DNA of 64,000 nucleotides from a virus (lineage: Duplodnaviria > Caudoviricetes). Each line of letters opens with the position of its first letter. Within the stretch, counting starts at the first letter, position 1. This document shows, piece by piece, positions 36,944 through 47,890 of the stretch. The DNA is taken from IMG/VR virus record IMGVR_UViG_3300021426_000071, positions 1 through 64,000 of that record, one strand, 5' to 3'. Below the pieces are notes generated by a model. It was not told where the DNA came from. It searched no databases and saw nothing but the letters and a program-made list of their open reading frames with translations. The translations under genes and the position numbers were made by a program.

Positions 36944-39014
36944 TTACCGCTCCCTTCTTCTAAGATCGATCATGTCCTGCTGATACCATCCGTACTGCAC
37001 CTCGGGATCGTTATAATAACCGTCCAGAAACACCTCGCCATCTTCTGCCCACGCCCTCTCATACTCGCGGCTCGCTTCGGTTGTGTTCATACCTTTTGCC
37101 TTGCAGTTCTCCACAAACTCATAAATGTCGATCATCTATATCACCTTCTTCCTTGTAATGTCCATCCATACTCAAAGTGATCTGCTTTACGAACAACAGT
37201 TGTTGCACCATCCGTAATAATCAGCTTGTGTTCTTCAACGATATTTCCTTTCTCATCTGTAATAATCACTACGCCTATACTCATATCTGCTACCCTAATT
37301 TCATTTTGTGGTCACAAAATCGAAATCCCTTATTTCAGTCATGTTACGTTTGCCATTGCAAAATGGACAAAACAGCATCTTTAAATGTCCTCTCTTTCTC
37401 GCCCGATCCATTCGCCTTGGAATAGGAAATGCGTTTCCGCACTCGGGGCATATACATCTGCTTATGTTATATTTCATCTCTCCCCGTCGGCACCCGTACT
37501 CGCAGCCCCGCACCCGCTGTGTTCGTAGCGAGCCACGGCGGAACTGTACCTCGCGTTTGCCTTTTCCGCCTTTCTCTTAATTGCTTCTACACACTTTTCC
37601 TCAAACTGCTTCTGAAATTCGTCTCGAAGATCCGGCCACTTCGTTGCAAAGTCAAAAAGGTAACTGCGTTCCCTACTTCCTTCGTTGGGCATCCTAGTAA
37701 AAAAGATCGGTATCCCAACCGTTTTCCCTTCATATTTTCCAAGATATACTCGATTGTCTTCATAAAACAAGATCGAATAACCGCCGCCCATTGTCTCAAC
37801 AACAATCGTGTCTCCGATCTCCGTTGCTACATCACGAAAGGGTGACAGGTCAGCCACCATCCTTCTGTAGAGATCCTCTGTGTACTCGCGGATTTCCGTA
37901 TCAATCCGCTCGATCTCTTCATCCTGTCTCGCAATCATCTCGTTAAGTTCTGCATTCAGCTTCCTAATATCAATAAGTCCCATCTCATATTCTCCTTATT
38001 CCAGTACTTCAAAGTGTTTATTGTTTCCCTCAAGCCAAGCGACCAGATCGTTTGTCCAATCATGAGTATACTCACTCATGAATGTATCGAAGTCGCATTC
38101 GTTCTCTTGCAGTATTTTGTTTTCATTGAGCCACTCAATAAGATCAGCTTTGTCCAAGCTTAAATACGCGGTGTTGTCGTCTCCGTACTCAGGATTGTCC
38201 CACCAATCACTGTAAATATTATCTGCATAAACACTAACCACGACATATTCATTGCTCATATTTGCCTACCTTTACTTATACGAAATCAAACTGAGGATTG
38301 TTGCGTCTCGCCAACATACGGCGGCACATATCCTTTGTGGTATCATTCCAGTGCTTCTGTCTATCTGTGTATCTGCCATCGGAAAATACAATTCCGTTGT
38401 TGCGGATCATGTGAACCCAATAGTGGCAGTTATCTGTCCACATTGCATTCACGTCTAAGCTATACGGCATCTCGTCAGGTCTAAAAATCGTGGTGTCCGG
38501 GTCAGGAATTGAGATATAATCCTTATAGCTTCGCTTACAGAGTCCGAAGAACCAATCTTCAAATCCGTTAAGCGACATGAATGTCTTCTGTTTATCGCGC
38601 ATAATATAGTCGTTTGTATACTCCTCGTAATATACGGTCACCATAGTTTTCTCCTTTCAGTTAGTTATAGAAATACCTATTAATCCGCTCACTACACGCG
38701 CCGCTCGGCAGTTCCCTCACCCCAATCGCAGGAAGGTAACTGACATAGTAAAGATCCAGATTGTAGATCTCCTTAAACTGTTTCCCTAACCGCTTATACC
38801 ACCTCTCTTCCTTATTCTCTGATTCCTGTGTGTATCGCGAATTGCAACTGCGCTCGTTGTTTGCGAGATACAGATTCCGTTCTGCCAGACCGCAAAGTCT
38901 GTAGAAGCTGTTCATCATGCGGTGCGCTTCCCTATAGTCCGCGTCCGTAGGGAAGTCGGTCTTGTAAGCAACAAGCCTGTCGATCTCCTGTTCCCTTAAC
39001 TGAGCAATCGTCAT
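36944..39014 (-). other. small hypothetical CDS (36944-37135, 37301-37477 Zn ribbon, 37474-37983, 37996-38259, 38276-38644, 38661-39014)
   Basis: Packed minus-strand ORFs with RBS. Confidence 0.6.
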
Positions 39015-39015
39015 A

Positions 39016-39522
39016 TTACACCTCCAACTTAATCAGCTTTCCGCCGCATCTGCCACATCTGTAGTACATATAGTTGCGAGTAAACTTGCTCGCCCTTCTC
39101 CGTCTTATAACGCCGCCGCATCCTTCGCATCTAAACTTGTACTTCACGGACTCTCTCGGCTTTACGTCAGCAGGATCAACTCCCTTTGACTCAGCCGAAT
39201 TGGTTCTCGTGATGTCATAGCCAAGGCGATCCTTCACCATCGCGGCATACCCCTTCCATTTCGCTTTATGGTTCATACAGCCGTCGCAAGTATGGATGAT
39301 CTCGTGATACAGCGTGTTTCTCAGCCCGTCATCGTGGTTTCCATCACACAGCAAGTGGTTGATGTTGATGTGGTAGCCATCGGGACGCCGCTGGCACTGA
39401 CCCCATCGCCGCGCTCTTGTGTTAATTGTGAAATCCCTTATGTTTCCATAAGGGATTCCGATATGGTCAAGCTGAACCATGCAGTCTTTTGCGATTGCGT
39501 CAAGATAGTCTGCGTTACTCAT
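39016..39522 (-). CDS. SprT-like zinc metalloprotease
   Basis: RRWGQC, HEIIH, H...WK, C-terminal CxxC..CxxCGG. Confidence 0.85.
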   Translation of the reverse strand: MSNADYLDAIAKDCMVQLDHIGIPYGNIRDFTINTRARRWGQCQRRPDGYHININHLLCDGNHDDGLRNTLYHEIIHTCDGCMNHKAKWKGYAAMVKDRLGYDITRTNSAESKGVDPADVKPRESVKYKFRCEGCGGVIRRRRASKFTRNYMYYRCGRCGGKLIKLEV

Positions 39523-39766
39523 CTAATACATCACCTCCAATCGCTTCGTTGTATCCAACTTCCTTCAGTCCACGATCATAGTAGATGTTTGAATGGGCAT
39601 ATCTAATTCGGTTGCCATCATAGAGCCTGATAAATACAGGGGTAGGAGATGGAATACATTCCGTCGGATACTCTCCGCTGCTCCACAAAAACCCTCGTTC
39701 TTCAAGCACTTCGAGCAGATGTCTTAACGCGTTTTCCGTTGGAACTTTTACAAATACTTCACTCAT
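39515..39766 (-). CDS. small paralog-family protein 1
   Basis: VPTE..W..EVGYNE. Confidence 0.6.
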   Translation of the reverse strand: MSEVFVKVPTENALRHLLEVLEERGFLWSSGEYPTECIPSPTPVFIRLYDGNRIRYAHSNIYYDRGLKEVGYNEAIGGDVLDE

Positions 39767-39989
39767 ACATAAGCACCTCGTTTATACCGACTTCTATATA
39801 GTTATCAAAGTAGAGTCCACAGCACATTCTGTTATCAGAACCAATCTTCAAAAACTTTGGAAACACGTTCGGTATCCAGCCGGACGGCCTCTGTCCCTCG
39901 ACCCACCTCAAGTCATCAATCGTATCAAGGTGCTTCAGCACCTCACGGCAGATGTTTTCCGTTGGACAATACACAGAAAATTCCCTCAT
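39759..39989 (-). CDS. small paralog-family protein 2
   Basis: CPTE..W..EVGINEVL. Confidence 0.6.
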   Translation of the reverse strand: MREFSVYCPTENICREVLKHLDTIDDLRWVEGQRPSGWIPNVFPKFLKIGSDNRMCCGLYFDNYIEVGINEVLMYE

Positions 39990-40864
39990 CTTTTCCCTCC
40001 AATCATCTTCATAATCATATTTGCCTGTGGCGCATCATCGATGGTGGCGAGTTCACCACCATCAAAGACGTATTTGAACAGCGCCACGGTTGCCTTCCTG
40101 AACTCCGAATCGGAGTCGATATACCCCAGCAGATCGACCCAATCCTTCTGGAACTCGCGTTTCGGTTTCTCTGCAACCTTGACGACGGGCTGTGCGACCT
40201 TTTGACTCGACAGATCAACCCCGAGCACCTCGGCGATCTTTCCCTTAAACGCATCGGTCGGGATATACCCGTCTCTGCGAATTCGACCGAGCGTTGTCGT
40301 AGATACGTCAAGCTGCTTTGCGAGCTTGGCCTGTGTCATCTTCTTCTTGGTCATTCCTGCGGCGATCTGCGCCCACATCGCCTTCCCTGTCTGTGCCTGT
40401 TCTTCGCTTGCAGGAGGGACAATTACCTTCTCGCTCTTGTCCATCGGCTTCATCCCATACCGCTTCGCTATCACTTCGATATCGTTGCCAAACAGGTCTT
40501 TCAGCTTGGCGTAGGTTCCCTTGGTGATGCTTCGCGTTATGCCACGCTCAAGCGTGCTGATTACGGACATGCTGATTCCTGTCACCTCGGAGACCTCGTC
40601 CCTTGACAGGCCGGACTTTTCGCGCAGCCTTCTGAAGTCACGACCGAAAGACGTGAACTCCAAGTCGTCTCCGCACAGTTCCCTTACAGAGACATTGAAC
40701 TTATTGGACATAGTTTCGAGGACTCGGGGATCGGCTTCGTAATGGCCGTTGAGGTAGCCCGCGAACTCGTCCGTTGTGATACCACACATGGCCGCCGCGT
40801 TTGCGGCAGTCAGGTTGTTATGCTCTAAGATGTTCTGAAGATTATTAGAAAAACTCATTTGCAT
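39986..40864 (-). CDS. triple XRE-type HTH regulator
   Basis: Three HTH_3-like units (LTAANAAAMCG; LSRDEVSEVTG; MTQAKLAKQLD). Confidence 0.85.
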   Translation of the reverse strand: MQMSFSNNLQNILEHNNLTAANAAAMCGITTDEFAGYLNGHYEADPRVLETMSNKFNVSVRELCGDDLEFTSFGRDFRRLREKSGLSRDEVSEVTGISMSVISTLERGITRSITKGTYAKLKDLFGNDIEVIAKRYGMKPMDKSEKVIVPPASEEQAQTGKAMWAQIAAGMTKKKMTQAKLAKQLDVSTTTLGRIRRDGYIPTDAFKGKIAEVLGVDLSSQKVAQPVVKVAEKPKREFQKDWVDLLGYIDSDSEFRKATVALFKYVFDGGELATIDDAPQANMIMKMIGGKR

Positions 40865-40878
40865 TTCCTCCCCTTAAA

Positions 40879-41811
40879 TCAAATCGTGTAGTCGTAGTAA
40901 TAATCGAGAATGTCGTTGTACTTTACGTTCGGATAAGTCATGAAGAACTTTCCAAGCGCTTCATACATACTGTCGGCTTCTACATAGTCTTCCACCTCCT
41001 GATTCGTTTCGTGGTCAAACCACACGAAGTATGTGATCTGGCTTTTCTTATTTGTGTTGTAGTACTGCCGGGTCAGCGGACTCCATGTCGTATCCCACGA
41101 ATAACCGTAGTTGTATTTCGCTTCAATAAACTCGAAGTACGGAGTCTCATCAAGCTGCGCTTTCTCCATGATCTTGATGACGGCTTTTATCGTGTCGTAC
41201 ATCTCGGTTACCTTGACGAACTCTTTCGTGGTGTGGGCTTTGTAATAGCCACAGGAAAGATTGACGCTCGCCACTCCACACGCCGGAGACAGGTTACAGA
41301 TGTCTGAGAAGCTTCCCCAATCTTCCCGATATCGGGACGTTTCCGTTATCCAGTCCGTGAAGTCTGGATTGTCGCAATCATAAAAGACCGCGTCGTTACT
41401 GCCGCACCGATCCAGTTCGATCAGCATCTTCAGAGGTTTTAACTTGTTGATGTATTTGGTTTTCGTGAACTTATCCGACCCGACTCCGCCGATCTCCTCA
41501 TCCTCACAGAAAAGAATTGTCGGTCGCAGTTCCGTTTTCTCCAGAATCTTCATGATTATGAAGATGCCACAACGATCATCACCCCCGATCCCTTGCGGCG
41601 AAGTAATCGTGTCGCTCCCATACCACACATCTTTTACCTTTTCCTTGTGGACGGTATCCAAATGAGCCGTGAGCAGAACGGGGACGTTTGTCCCCTCTGC
41701 AAACACGAATCCGTCTTCCTTAACAGGGTTATAGCCCCGCTTCTTAAGAGTGTTATAAAGGTATCCCTTGAGATCCTTCTGGCTTTTCTTGCAAATTGAT
41801 ACAAATTTCAT
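40879..41811 (-). CDS. M28/M20-type zinc peptidase
   Basis: AHLDTVH, GGDDRCG, DEEIGG, ELDR, SDI, GYYKAHT; ATG overlaps upstream TAA. Confidence 0.85.
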   Translation of the reverse strand: MKFVSICKKSQKDLKGYLYNTLKKRGYNPVKEDGFVFAEGTNVPVLLTAHLDTVHKEKVKDVWYGSDTITSPQGIGGDDRCGIFIIMKILEKTELRPTILFCEDEEIGGVGSDKFTKTKYINKLKPLKMLIELDRCGSNDAVFYDCDNPDFTDWITETSRYREDWGSFSDICNLSPACGVASVNLSCGYYKAHTTKEFVKVTEMYDTIKAVIKIMEKAQLDETPYFEFIEAKYNYGYSWDTTWSPLTRQYYNTNKKSQITYFVWFDHETNQEVEDYVEADSMYEALGKFFMTYPNVKYNDILDYYYDYTI

Positions 41812-43622
41812 TACGCAATCTCCTCTCTGTTTCTGGCGCACTCGACACAGCACTCGTTGTCTGCGTCCCAGTTGCTTTCGGTTACCCAGTGGCCACACTC
41901 CCCGCAGTAGTAAGCGTTGTTCTCATAAACCCACTCGCCTACATCATCGCAGTAGTGGTAGCCGTATTCCTCGGCGTTCTCTTCCGTTGCGAAGGTGAGA
42001 CCGTCAACCTCTACGCGATTCTCCCAGTAACCGCGTCTGTCATACAGCCACTCCTGCTCGTAGTCGTCAAAGATGACGTCTCTGCACGTCTCGTGACGCC
42101 ACCAGCCATCGTCACACAAATGGTATCCGGCGTTTTCTGCGCATTCAGCGCAGCAGTATACGTTTCCATCGACCTCAATGTGGTCATAGTCGTCACGTCT
42201 GACGACGCATCCGCAGTTGTCGCAATATATTTCGTTTGCACAGTCGCGGCAGACGATGCAGTCTTCCGTATGGTGACGCTCTCCGCACTCGGGGCAGATC
42301 GGATCAGCGCCGACAACCATCGGCTGATCGTTCTCGCTTCCCTTAAGGGTCGAGACGTTGCAGTTGTCAAAGTTCTCGTAATCGCGGTAATGAACGCCGC
42401 GAGAGATGATCGCGTGCTCACAAGCACACGTTCCCTTCTTGTTCTCCCAGAGGTTGGTAAAACCAAAGCACTCGGAGATCACGCGCTGAACGATAGCGCG
42501 GATCTGACGGTACATATCCTCGGCACCGCTATCGTTGTCCTGCGGGTAAAGGCGACCCTGAACAAGTTTGTCTTCGCCGAAGTGGAACATCTGGCGGTTG
42601 ATCTTCGGCTGAAGCTCGTAGTGCGTTCCGTCATACGCCGCTTCAATCGTGTAGACTACAAACGAAGACGGATCGAGCATGTAGCTTTCCGTTCCGCCGG
42701 AATACATGCCGGAATAGTCGTTGGGCATGTCCCGGATATTTGTCTTGTCAATCGTGTGGCAGGACGCCCACGAGTTTCCGAAAGACATGGTGTAGAAGTC
42801 TACGGGATGAAGCGACAGGATTGTCCACCGCGTGATCTTCAGCGGATTGATTCCGTCCGCGAACTTGGTGTACTTTCCGTTAAAGTCCGCGTCCTCATCG
42901 AACTTGTACTGATGGCAGATTCTGCGCACGTTTCTGGAAGTCTTGCTTCCGTTGTGCGCCTTCAGCCACGGAAACGCGGCGTTGATCTTATCGATCTCGT
43001 CCTTGTCCATGTACTGGCCCATCTCGGACAGTTCGTTGAAGAAGTTAATCTGCTCGTATGTGAACGGTTCGGGCATTTCCGTTTTCGGACGATCCTCGAG
43101 AAGCTCGAGATAGTCCGCATCATAGAAGAAGCGGTTGCCGTCGAGCCTGATCCCGAACTTACCATCCATCCACCATTTATCAACGGTCGCGACAACCCCT
43201 TCCCTTCCAATCGTGGGAGTCATTCCATCCACCCACGAGGTGCAGTATTTGGGATCTGCGCTTCCGTCAAGGATGCGAACCCTGTCGCCAACCCTGATCG
43301 GGCAGGCCGCGGCGGAGATTCTTCTGTTGTGGCGATTCATCATCCAGGAAATATACTCCCCGAAGCGCTTGATGGAGTTATTGTCCTTGTTTCTGTACAT
43401 GTCCTCGGAGAGGACGATTTTGTAGTGCCCGTCGTAGTGCGGATGACGGCTGAACGCCTCGAGAAGCGCGTTCTTTTTCGTCATCCACTCGTTGATGATC
43501 GCCGCCAGACCGTGATCGGTCGGGCGATAGTTGCGACCCTCGCGGATCTCATACTGCTCAAGGATGCTCCTCATTTCTCTTCTGAGGGTGTGAATGGATT
43601 CTGCGCTGAGTGAATAAGACAT
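41811..43622 (-). CDS. large phage protein with SWASC motif and C-terminal CxxC repeats
   Basis: SLHPVDFYTMSFGNSWASCH, GRLYPQ, multiple CxxC. Confidence 0.8.
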   Translation of the reverse strand: MSYSLSAESIHTLRREMRSILEQYEIREGRNYRPTDHGLAAIINEWMTKKNALLEAFSRHPHYDGHYKIVLSEDMYRNKDNNSIKRFGEYISWMMNRHNRRISAAACPIRVGDRVRILDGSADPKYCTSWVDGMTPTIGREGVVATVDKWWMDGKFGIRLDGNRFFYDADYLELLEDRPKTEMPEPFTYEQINFFNELSEMGQYMDKDEIDKINAAFPWLKAHNGSKTSRNVRRICHQYKFDEDADFNGKYTKFADGINPLKITRWTILSLHPVDFYTMSFGNSWASCHTIDKTNIRDMPNDYSGMYSGGTESYMLDPSSFVVYTIEAAYDGTHYELQPKINRQMFHFGEDKLVQGRLYPQDNDSGAEDMYRQIRAIVQRVISECFGFTNLWENKKGTCACEHAIISRGVHYRDYENFDNCNVSTLKGSENDQPMVVGADPICPECGERHHTEDCIVCRDCANEIYCDNCGCVVRRDDYDHIEVDGNVYCCAECAENAGYHLCDDGWWRHETCRDVIFDDYEQEWLYDRRGYWENRVEVDGLTFATEENAEEYGYHYCDDVGEWVYENNAYYCGECGHWVTESNWDADNECCVECARNREEIA

Positions 43623-43708
43623 ATAGTTACCTTCCCTTTCTGTCGGGTTGACCCGACGCTTTATTGAATCCCGATATCGGGATGTGTTAATACCCTATTT
43701 AGTTTTTG

Positions 43709-43858
43709 TTATCTCATTTTCTTACGCGCTGTAATCAGCACGCGAGTTACCTCATGTTCAGTTGTCGCGGCGTTAATCCGCTTTTCGATGTCCGGCATAA
43801 CGCGCTCATATCCGAGCTGTTTCGCTATGCGGCGAGCGTCACGTTTGATCTGTCCCAT
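43709..43858 (-). CDS. small basic protein
   Basis: ATG after GGAGG; ARRIAKQLGY. Confidence 0.55.
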   Translation of the reverse strand: MGQIKRDARRIAKQLGYERVMPDIEKRINAATTEHEVTRVLITARKKMR

Positions 43859-44539
43859 GATCTTCCTCCAATAATTCGTTGATTCCAATTTCCGTAAATC
43901 TGCCATCTCCGCTATACCAACTTCTATTCCACGACAGCTTATGGTCATCTCCTTTAATCATGTAAAGATAGAACGGTAAGCCGGGATCATATCCGTATGG
44001 ATCCGAAGTGCTAAACCAGTGCCATCCCCGTTTTGCCAGAATGCCGTAAACGAGTTCCTTTACCTTCACACTCGGAATGTAAACAAAAACGTCAAGTTTC
44101 ATCTCTCAACACCTCATTGATTCCAATCTGCGTATACCACCCATCATCGGTAAACGGCGTTTTATCCCAACCAAGGCCTTCGTCACCTATCCTCTCCGGC
44201 GCATACAGAAAGAACGGTATTGGCGGATGGAAATTGAAACGCCATCCCTTTTTAGCCAGAATGGCGCATATGTTTTCCCTTACTATCTCGCTCGGGATGT
44301 AGACAAATTCTCTATACTTCATTTCTCAACACCTCTAAAAATTCGTTTAGCCCGACTTCTGTATAGTCCCTCGCTGGGATACGTTGAGTATCGGCATAAA
44401 AAAACAGAACACTTTCTCGTATGAGGTAAAGGTAGAACGGCGCGATGGGAGTCCACTCACCCAAACTCTGTCCCTTCTCAGCCATGACCTCTGTCACGAC
44501 TTCCCTTACCTCTTCGGAAGGGATGTATGTGTAGATCAT
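43839..44539 (-). other. three tandem small paralogous CDS (43839-44102, 44092-44322, 44312-44539)
   Basis: Shared YIPS, PF(Y/F)LY and G(I/L)NE motifs. Confidence 0.7.
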
Positions 44540-45015
44540 CCGTCTACCTCACCTCTTTCCCTGAAGCTGTAATAACTGCCGTCGCCAATAATGAGATTGT
44601 CGACCTGCGAAATCTCCATGAGGGCGCCGCACTCGTTTAGCTTCTTGTGGATAGTAACGTCTGCATCTGACGGCGTCGGATCTCCGCTCGGGTGATTATG
44701 CACCATGATGAAGTTCACTGCCCCAAGAAGAAGAAGCTTCTGAAAGATTTCTCTTCGGCCGACCAATGAGACGCTGACCGTGCCGTGCGTGGCCTCGAAT
44801 ACGCCGCAAAGATGCATTGCGTTGTCGAGCGCGAAGATGTAAACGTACTCTTCGGCGGCAGTGTCGAGTCCGAGTTCCCTTACGCAGAAGTCGTAGATTA
44901 TGTCGGGGTTGTCGAACTTCTTGCGGCCATCACAGACATAGCGTTTGCCTTTCTCCGCCACAAGACAGGGATAACGCGAACTGTCGAGGACGGTTCTGTA
45001 GATGGATACTTTCAT
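44536..45015 (-). CDS. JAB/RadC-like domain protein
   Basis: EE.VY, REIF, HNHPSGDPTPSDAD, DNLIIG..YYSF. Confidence 0.9.
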   Translation of the reverse strand: MKVSIYRTVLDSSRYPCLVAEKGKRYVCDGRKKFDNPDIIYDFCVRELGLDTAAEEYVYIFALDNAMHLCGVFEATHGTVSVSLVGRREIFQKLLLLGAVNFIMVHNHPSGDPTPSDADVTIHKKLNECGALMEISQVDNLIIGDGSYYSFRERGEVDG

Positions 45016-45029
45016 AGCGCACCTCCGTT

Positions 45030-45536
45030 TTATATGTATCCTTCTTTGCAAAACTGAAAATATATGTCTCCGACTCTGACAAGATCGTATGTATCAGGAT
45101 CGTGATAATTAAAGGGATGCTCCGTCTCAATCTCCGCCGTGAATTCTCTAATTCTCCTCGTCGGCCTGATTGCATTGAAGAAGCGATCCAGCTTGGCGGC
45201 GGAATAACTGCCACATGTAATGTCATACCCGTTTCGCTTCAAGATTTTCCAGATTGCCCGTGACGTTCTCATCCCTTTGTGTGAGTCAAGAGCTTTCGCT
45301 TCCTCGTCTGTTAAATATGTTGAAAGCGTTTCGGGTTTCAGTCCTTTGGTGATCTCTGCGTAGGCTGTCGGGTACTCCTTCTCTAAGTATCTGAAAAAGG
45401 AGAACACTTCCGACCTCTTAAAACTCCTTTCAGTAGTTGCAGTAAACTCAATCGGCTTGCCGAGTTCCGTTAGTGCCGCAACGAGAGCACGTTTGAGAAT
45501 GTAGCTCTCTTCTGGAGTGTATGCTGATCCGTACAT
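45030..45536 (-). CDS. hypothetical protein
   Basis: AAGGAAGG RBS preceded by a hairpin. Confidence 0.65.
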   Translation of the reverse strand: MYGSAYTPEESYILKRALVAALTELGKPIEFTATTERSFKRSEVFSFFRYLEKEYPTAYAEITKGLKPETLSTYLTDEEAKALDSHKGMRTSRAIWKILKRNGYDITCGSYSAAKLDRFFNAIRPTRRIREFTAEIETEHPFNYHDPDTYDLVRVGDIYFQFCKEGYI

Positions 45537-45572
45537 GTTTACCTTCCTTTCTGGTTGCCTTCGGCAACCGAC

Positions 45573-45872
45573 TTATTCGTCTCCCTTCTGTTGCGACGTC
45601 GCGACACTACATCTGCTAAGTTCTACTCCACACTCGCACTGATGATCGAAGTCGAAGTGATCCCAATTCAGCAATACGAGTTTACCTTCGTCGATCACGG
45701 CGATCATTTCCAGTTCCGGAAACTCCGACGGATCGTCTACGTACCAAGCGGGCGATTCGATCCACCTGACCGGAGCGTTCTGATACTTCTCTTCCTCGAT
45801 CAGGTCGCGGTCAAGAGAGTAGATCGTAACCTTTCCAAACGAATCGTATTTGTAACTGACATAAAATTTCAT
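45573..45872 (-). CDS. hypothetical protein
   Basis: AAGGAG RBS preceded by a hairpin. Confidence 0.6.
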   Translation of the reverse strand: MKFYVSYKYDSFGKVTIYSLDRDLIEEEKYQNAPVRWIESPAWYVDDPSEFPELEMIAVIDEGKLVLLNWDHFDFDHQCECGVELSRCSVATSQQKGDE

Positions 45873-46414
45873 TTCACTCCTTTCTGGTCAACTGCGTTGA
45901 CCCGTCGTTTTAAAACGACGCTTCGATCTCCCTGAGCACATAACAGCTCAGAATTGTAAACTGACGGTTGCGAGCACGGTTCTCTTCCGTGTCCTGCGGA
46001 GTGGACTCCGCCATCTCCACGTAATACCTGTACAGGTTAATAAGATCTGACATAATTGTCTCCTTTCTGTTTGTGTCGGGTTAACCCGACGTGCTTGAAA
46101 TCAAACGCACGGAATCCCGATATCGGGAAGCGTTCGAAATCACAGATTTCTTCACGCTATTACGTTGCATTTGCCTTGTAGAACAGCAGAAGCCAGCCGC
46201 CCGACAAGATAAGCAGAGTCAGCATGTCGTGTGTCTCCATGCTGTCTGCAAAAGCTACTGCCGCAAAGAGTGTGAATACTGCGGCAGTTGTAATCATCAT
46301 CAAGATATAGTTCTTCAGCATTTCCGTTCTCCCCCTTATTTGTTTCCCCTGATTTTAATACCCTATTTAATATTTATCACGCCGTGGCGCATTTGTCAAT
46401 TCCCGATATCGGGA

Positions 46415-46933
46415 TTACACTGATTCCTCATAGAGATCTCCGTCCACCTCTACGATCTCATCCGGCTCTTCCGTCAGATTGGACTTCTCACGGATTTTCC
46501 GTTTGGCATCCTCAAGAGAGAACGCCTGAACTACGCCAACAGTCTGACTTCCCTTATGCGTGTAGACGTACAGGGACGGCAGCTCTGTTACCACGCGGAA
46601 GTAGTATCCTGTGTCAATTACGTTGCCATCATCATCTTTCCAGTTATAATGCTGCACGTCCGCATATGCGTAGTATCCCATGAGACACTCGCAGATCTCA
46701 TCTGCCTTCTCCATCAGCTCGTCATGCGAGATGTCGAACTGATAGCAGATGTCCGCAAAATCATTCTTCATAGGGTCATCCTGAATCATCTGTGTGATTG
46801 CTCCAACAACGTCAAACATATCGTATCTCCTTTCAATGTTATGAAGATCGTCTCCCTTTGAGACGTACTCGGTTCCATCAGGATACAGTTTACCTGTTAT
46901 GACCACGCCGGACTCTACATCCTCGAACTGCAA
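46415..46933 (-). CDS. acidic hypothetical protein
   Basis: ORF bracketed by TCCCGATATCGGGA palindromes; start uncertain. Confidence 0.6.
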   Translation of the reverse strand: MQFEDVESGVVITGKLYPDGTEYVSKGDDLHNIERRYDMFDVVGAITQMIQDDPMKNDFADICYQFDISHDELMEKADEICECLMGYYAYADVQHYNWKDDDGNVIDTGYYFRVVTELPSLYVYTHKGSQTVGVVQAFSLEDAKRKIREKSNLTEEPDEIVEVDGDLYEESV

Positions 46934-46983
46934 TCCGTTTTCGTTGATGTTCGTATTGTTCTCCCTTCTTCCCGATATCGGGA

Positions 46984-47772
46984 TTACGAATGATGCTTTG
47001 CATTTGCAAAGCTGTAGTCGGAGTGATCTCTGTCGAAGTCTTCCGGCGAGAAATCATCCTGACAGACAACGCCGCAGAAAAACGTTTCATGACCGTTGAC
47101 ATGGTCGGGGCGCTCGTAGAACATCGTCCAGTTTACCTTGCCGCCGATCCACATACACATACTGAGATCGTCTCTAAAGTTGACCCAGCAAACTGCCTCA
47201 CAGAGCTTCTGGAAGGACTCGTCACTGATTTTTCCGTAGCCGCAAAGGATTGCCAGAAAAACGAACTTATGACCGTATTCGTCTTCCTTTACGGTGTACT
47301 GCATCTTCTGGAGCCATTCTTTTGCGAACGGGGTTTCAAGGTACTTTCTGTACTCCTGCACCTTCAGTTCCGTTTTGGCCTCCACATAATCGGCCAGAAG
47401 CTTCCTTGCCTCTTCCCTTGTGATGTCAAGAACAAACCTACTGTGATTGATTGCCCAGTAGGGTCTGTCATCATATTTAAAATCAATGACGGGCACGTCG
47501 GCGAAGACTTCTCTGGAATCACAGTCAGAGAGAATCCAATAGATGTCATAACCGTCTTTTGTTTCCAGCTTATCTTTGTAGTTATAATCCAGATCTTTCC
47601 CTTTGAAGGAAGGGAGTTCGATCTCTTCAACCAGCAACTGGCAAGCTGCGTGCGGATTGTCGGCAACCTCCTCATCGTGCATTTTCTGCATCGCTTCCCT
47701 TGAGGGGAAGTAATTCCAGAAGCATTCGAAGCCGCTCTTGTACCTCTTTGTCACTGCATAGATTTTCTTCAT
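46984..47772 (-). CDS. hypothetical protein
   Basis: ATG after AAGGAG; bracketed by palindromes. Confidence 0.7.
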   Translation of the reverse strand: MKKIYAVTKRYKSGFECFWNYFPSREAMQKMHDEEVADNPHAACQLLVEEIELPSFKGKDLDYNYKDKLETKDGYDIYWILSDCDSREVFADVPVIDFKYDDRPYWAINHSRFVLDITREEARKLLADYVEAKTELKVQEYRKYLETPFAKEWLQKMQYTVKEDEYGHKFVFLAILCGYGKISDESFQKLCEAVCWVNFRDDLSMCMWIGGKVNWTMFYERPDHVNGHETFFCGVVCQDDFSPEDFDRDHSDYSFANAKHHS

Positions 47773-47890
47773 AATGAACTCCTTTCTGTTTGTCGGGTCA
47801 ACCCGACATTTCATTGAATCCCGATATCGGGATCATAACCACACCCAAGCCCATGATGCACCGATCACGGGCCTTCCGAATGACTATGAT

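Larger units (their letters stand above)
43642..47807. repeat. palindrome GTCGGGTYRACCCGAC, 3 copies (43642, 46075, 47792)
   Basis: Read directly; each lies just upstream of an AGAAAGG RBS. Confidence 0.9.

Noticed and set aside
41796-43613. 605-aa plus-strand ORF
   Set aside because: Antisense shadow of the motif-bearing 603-aa minus-strand gene; no RBS and Val-rich composition typical of reverse frames
31446-47703. Other long plus-strand ORFs (31446, 39857, 46990 and similar)
   Set aside because: They fully overlap better-supported minus-strand genes
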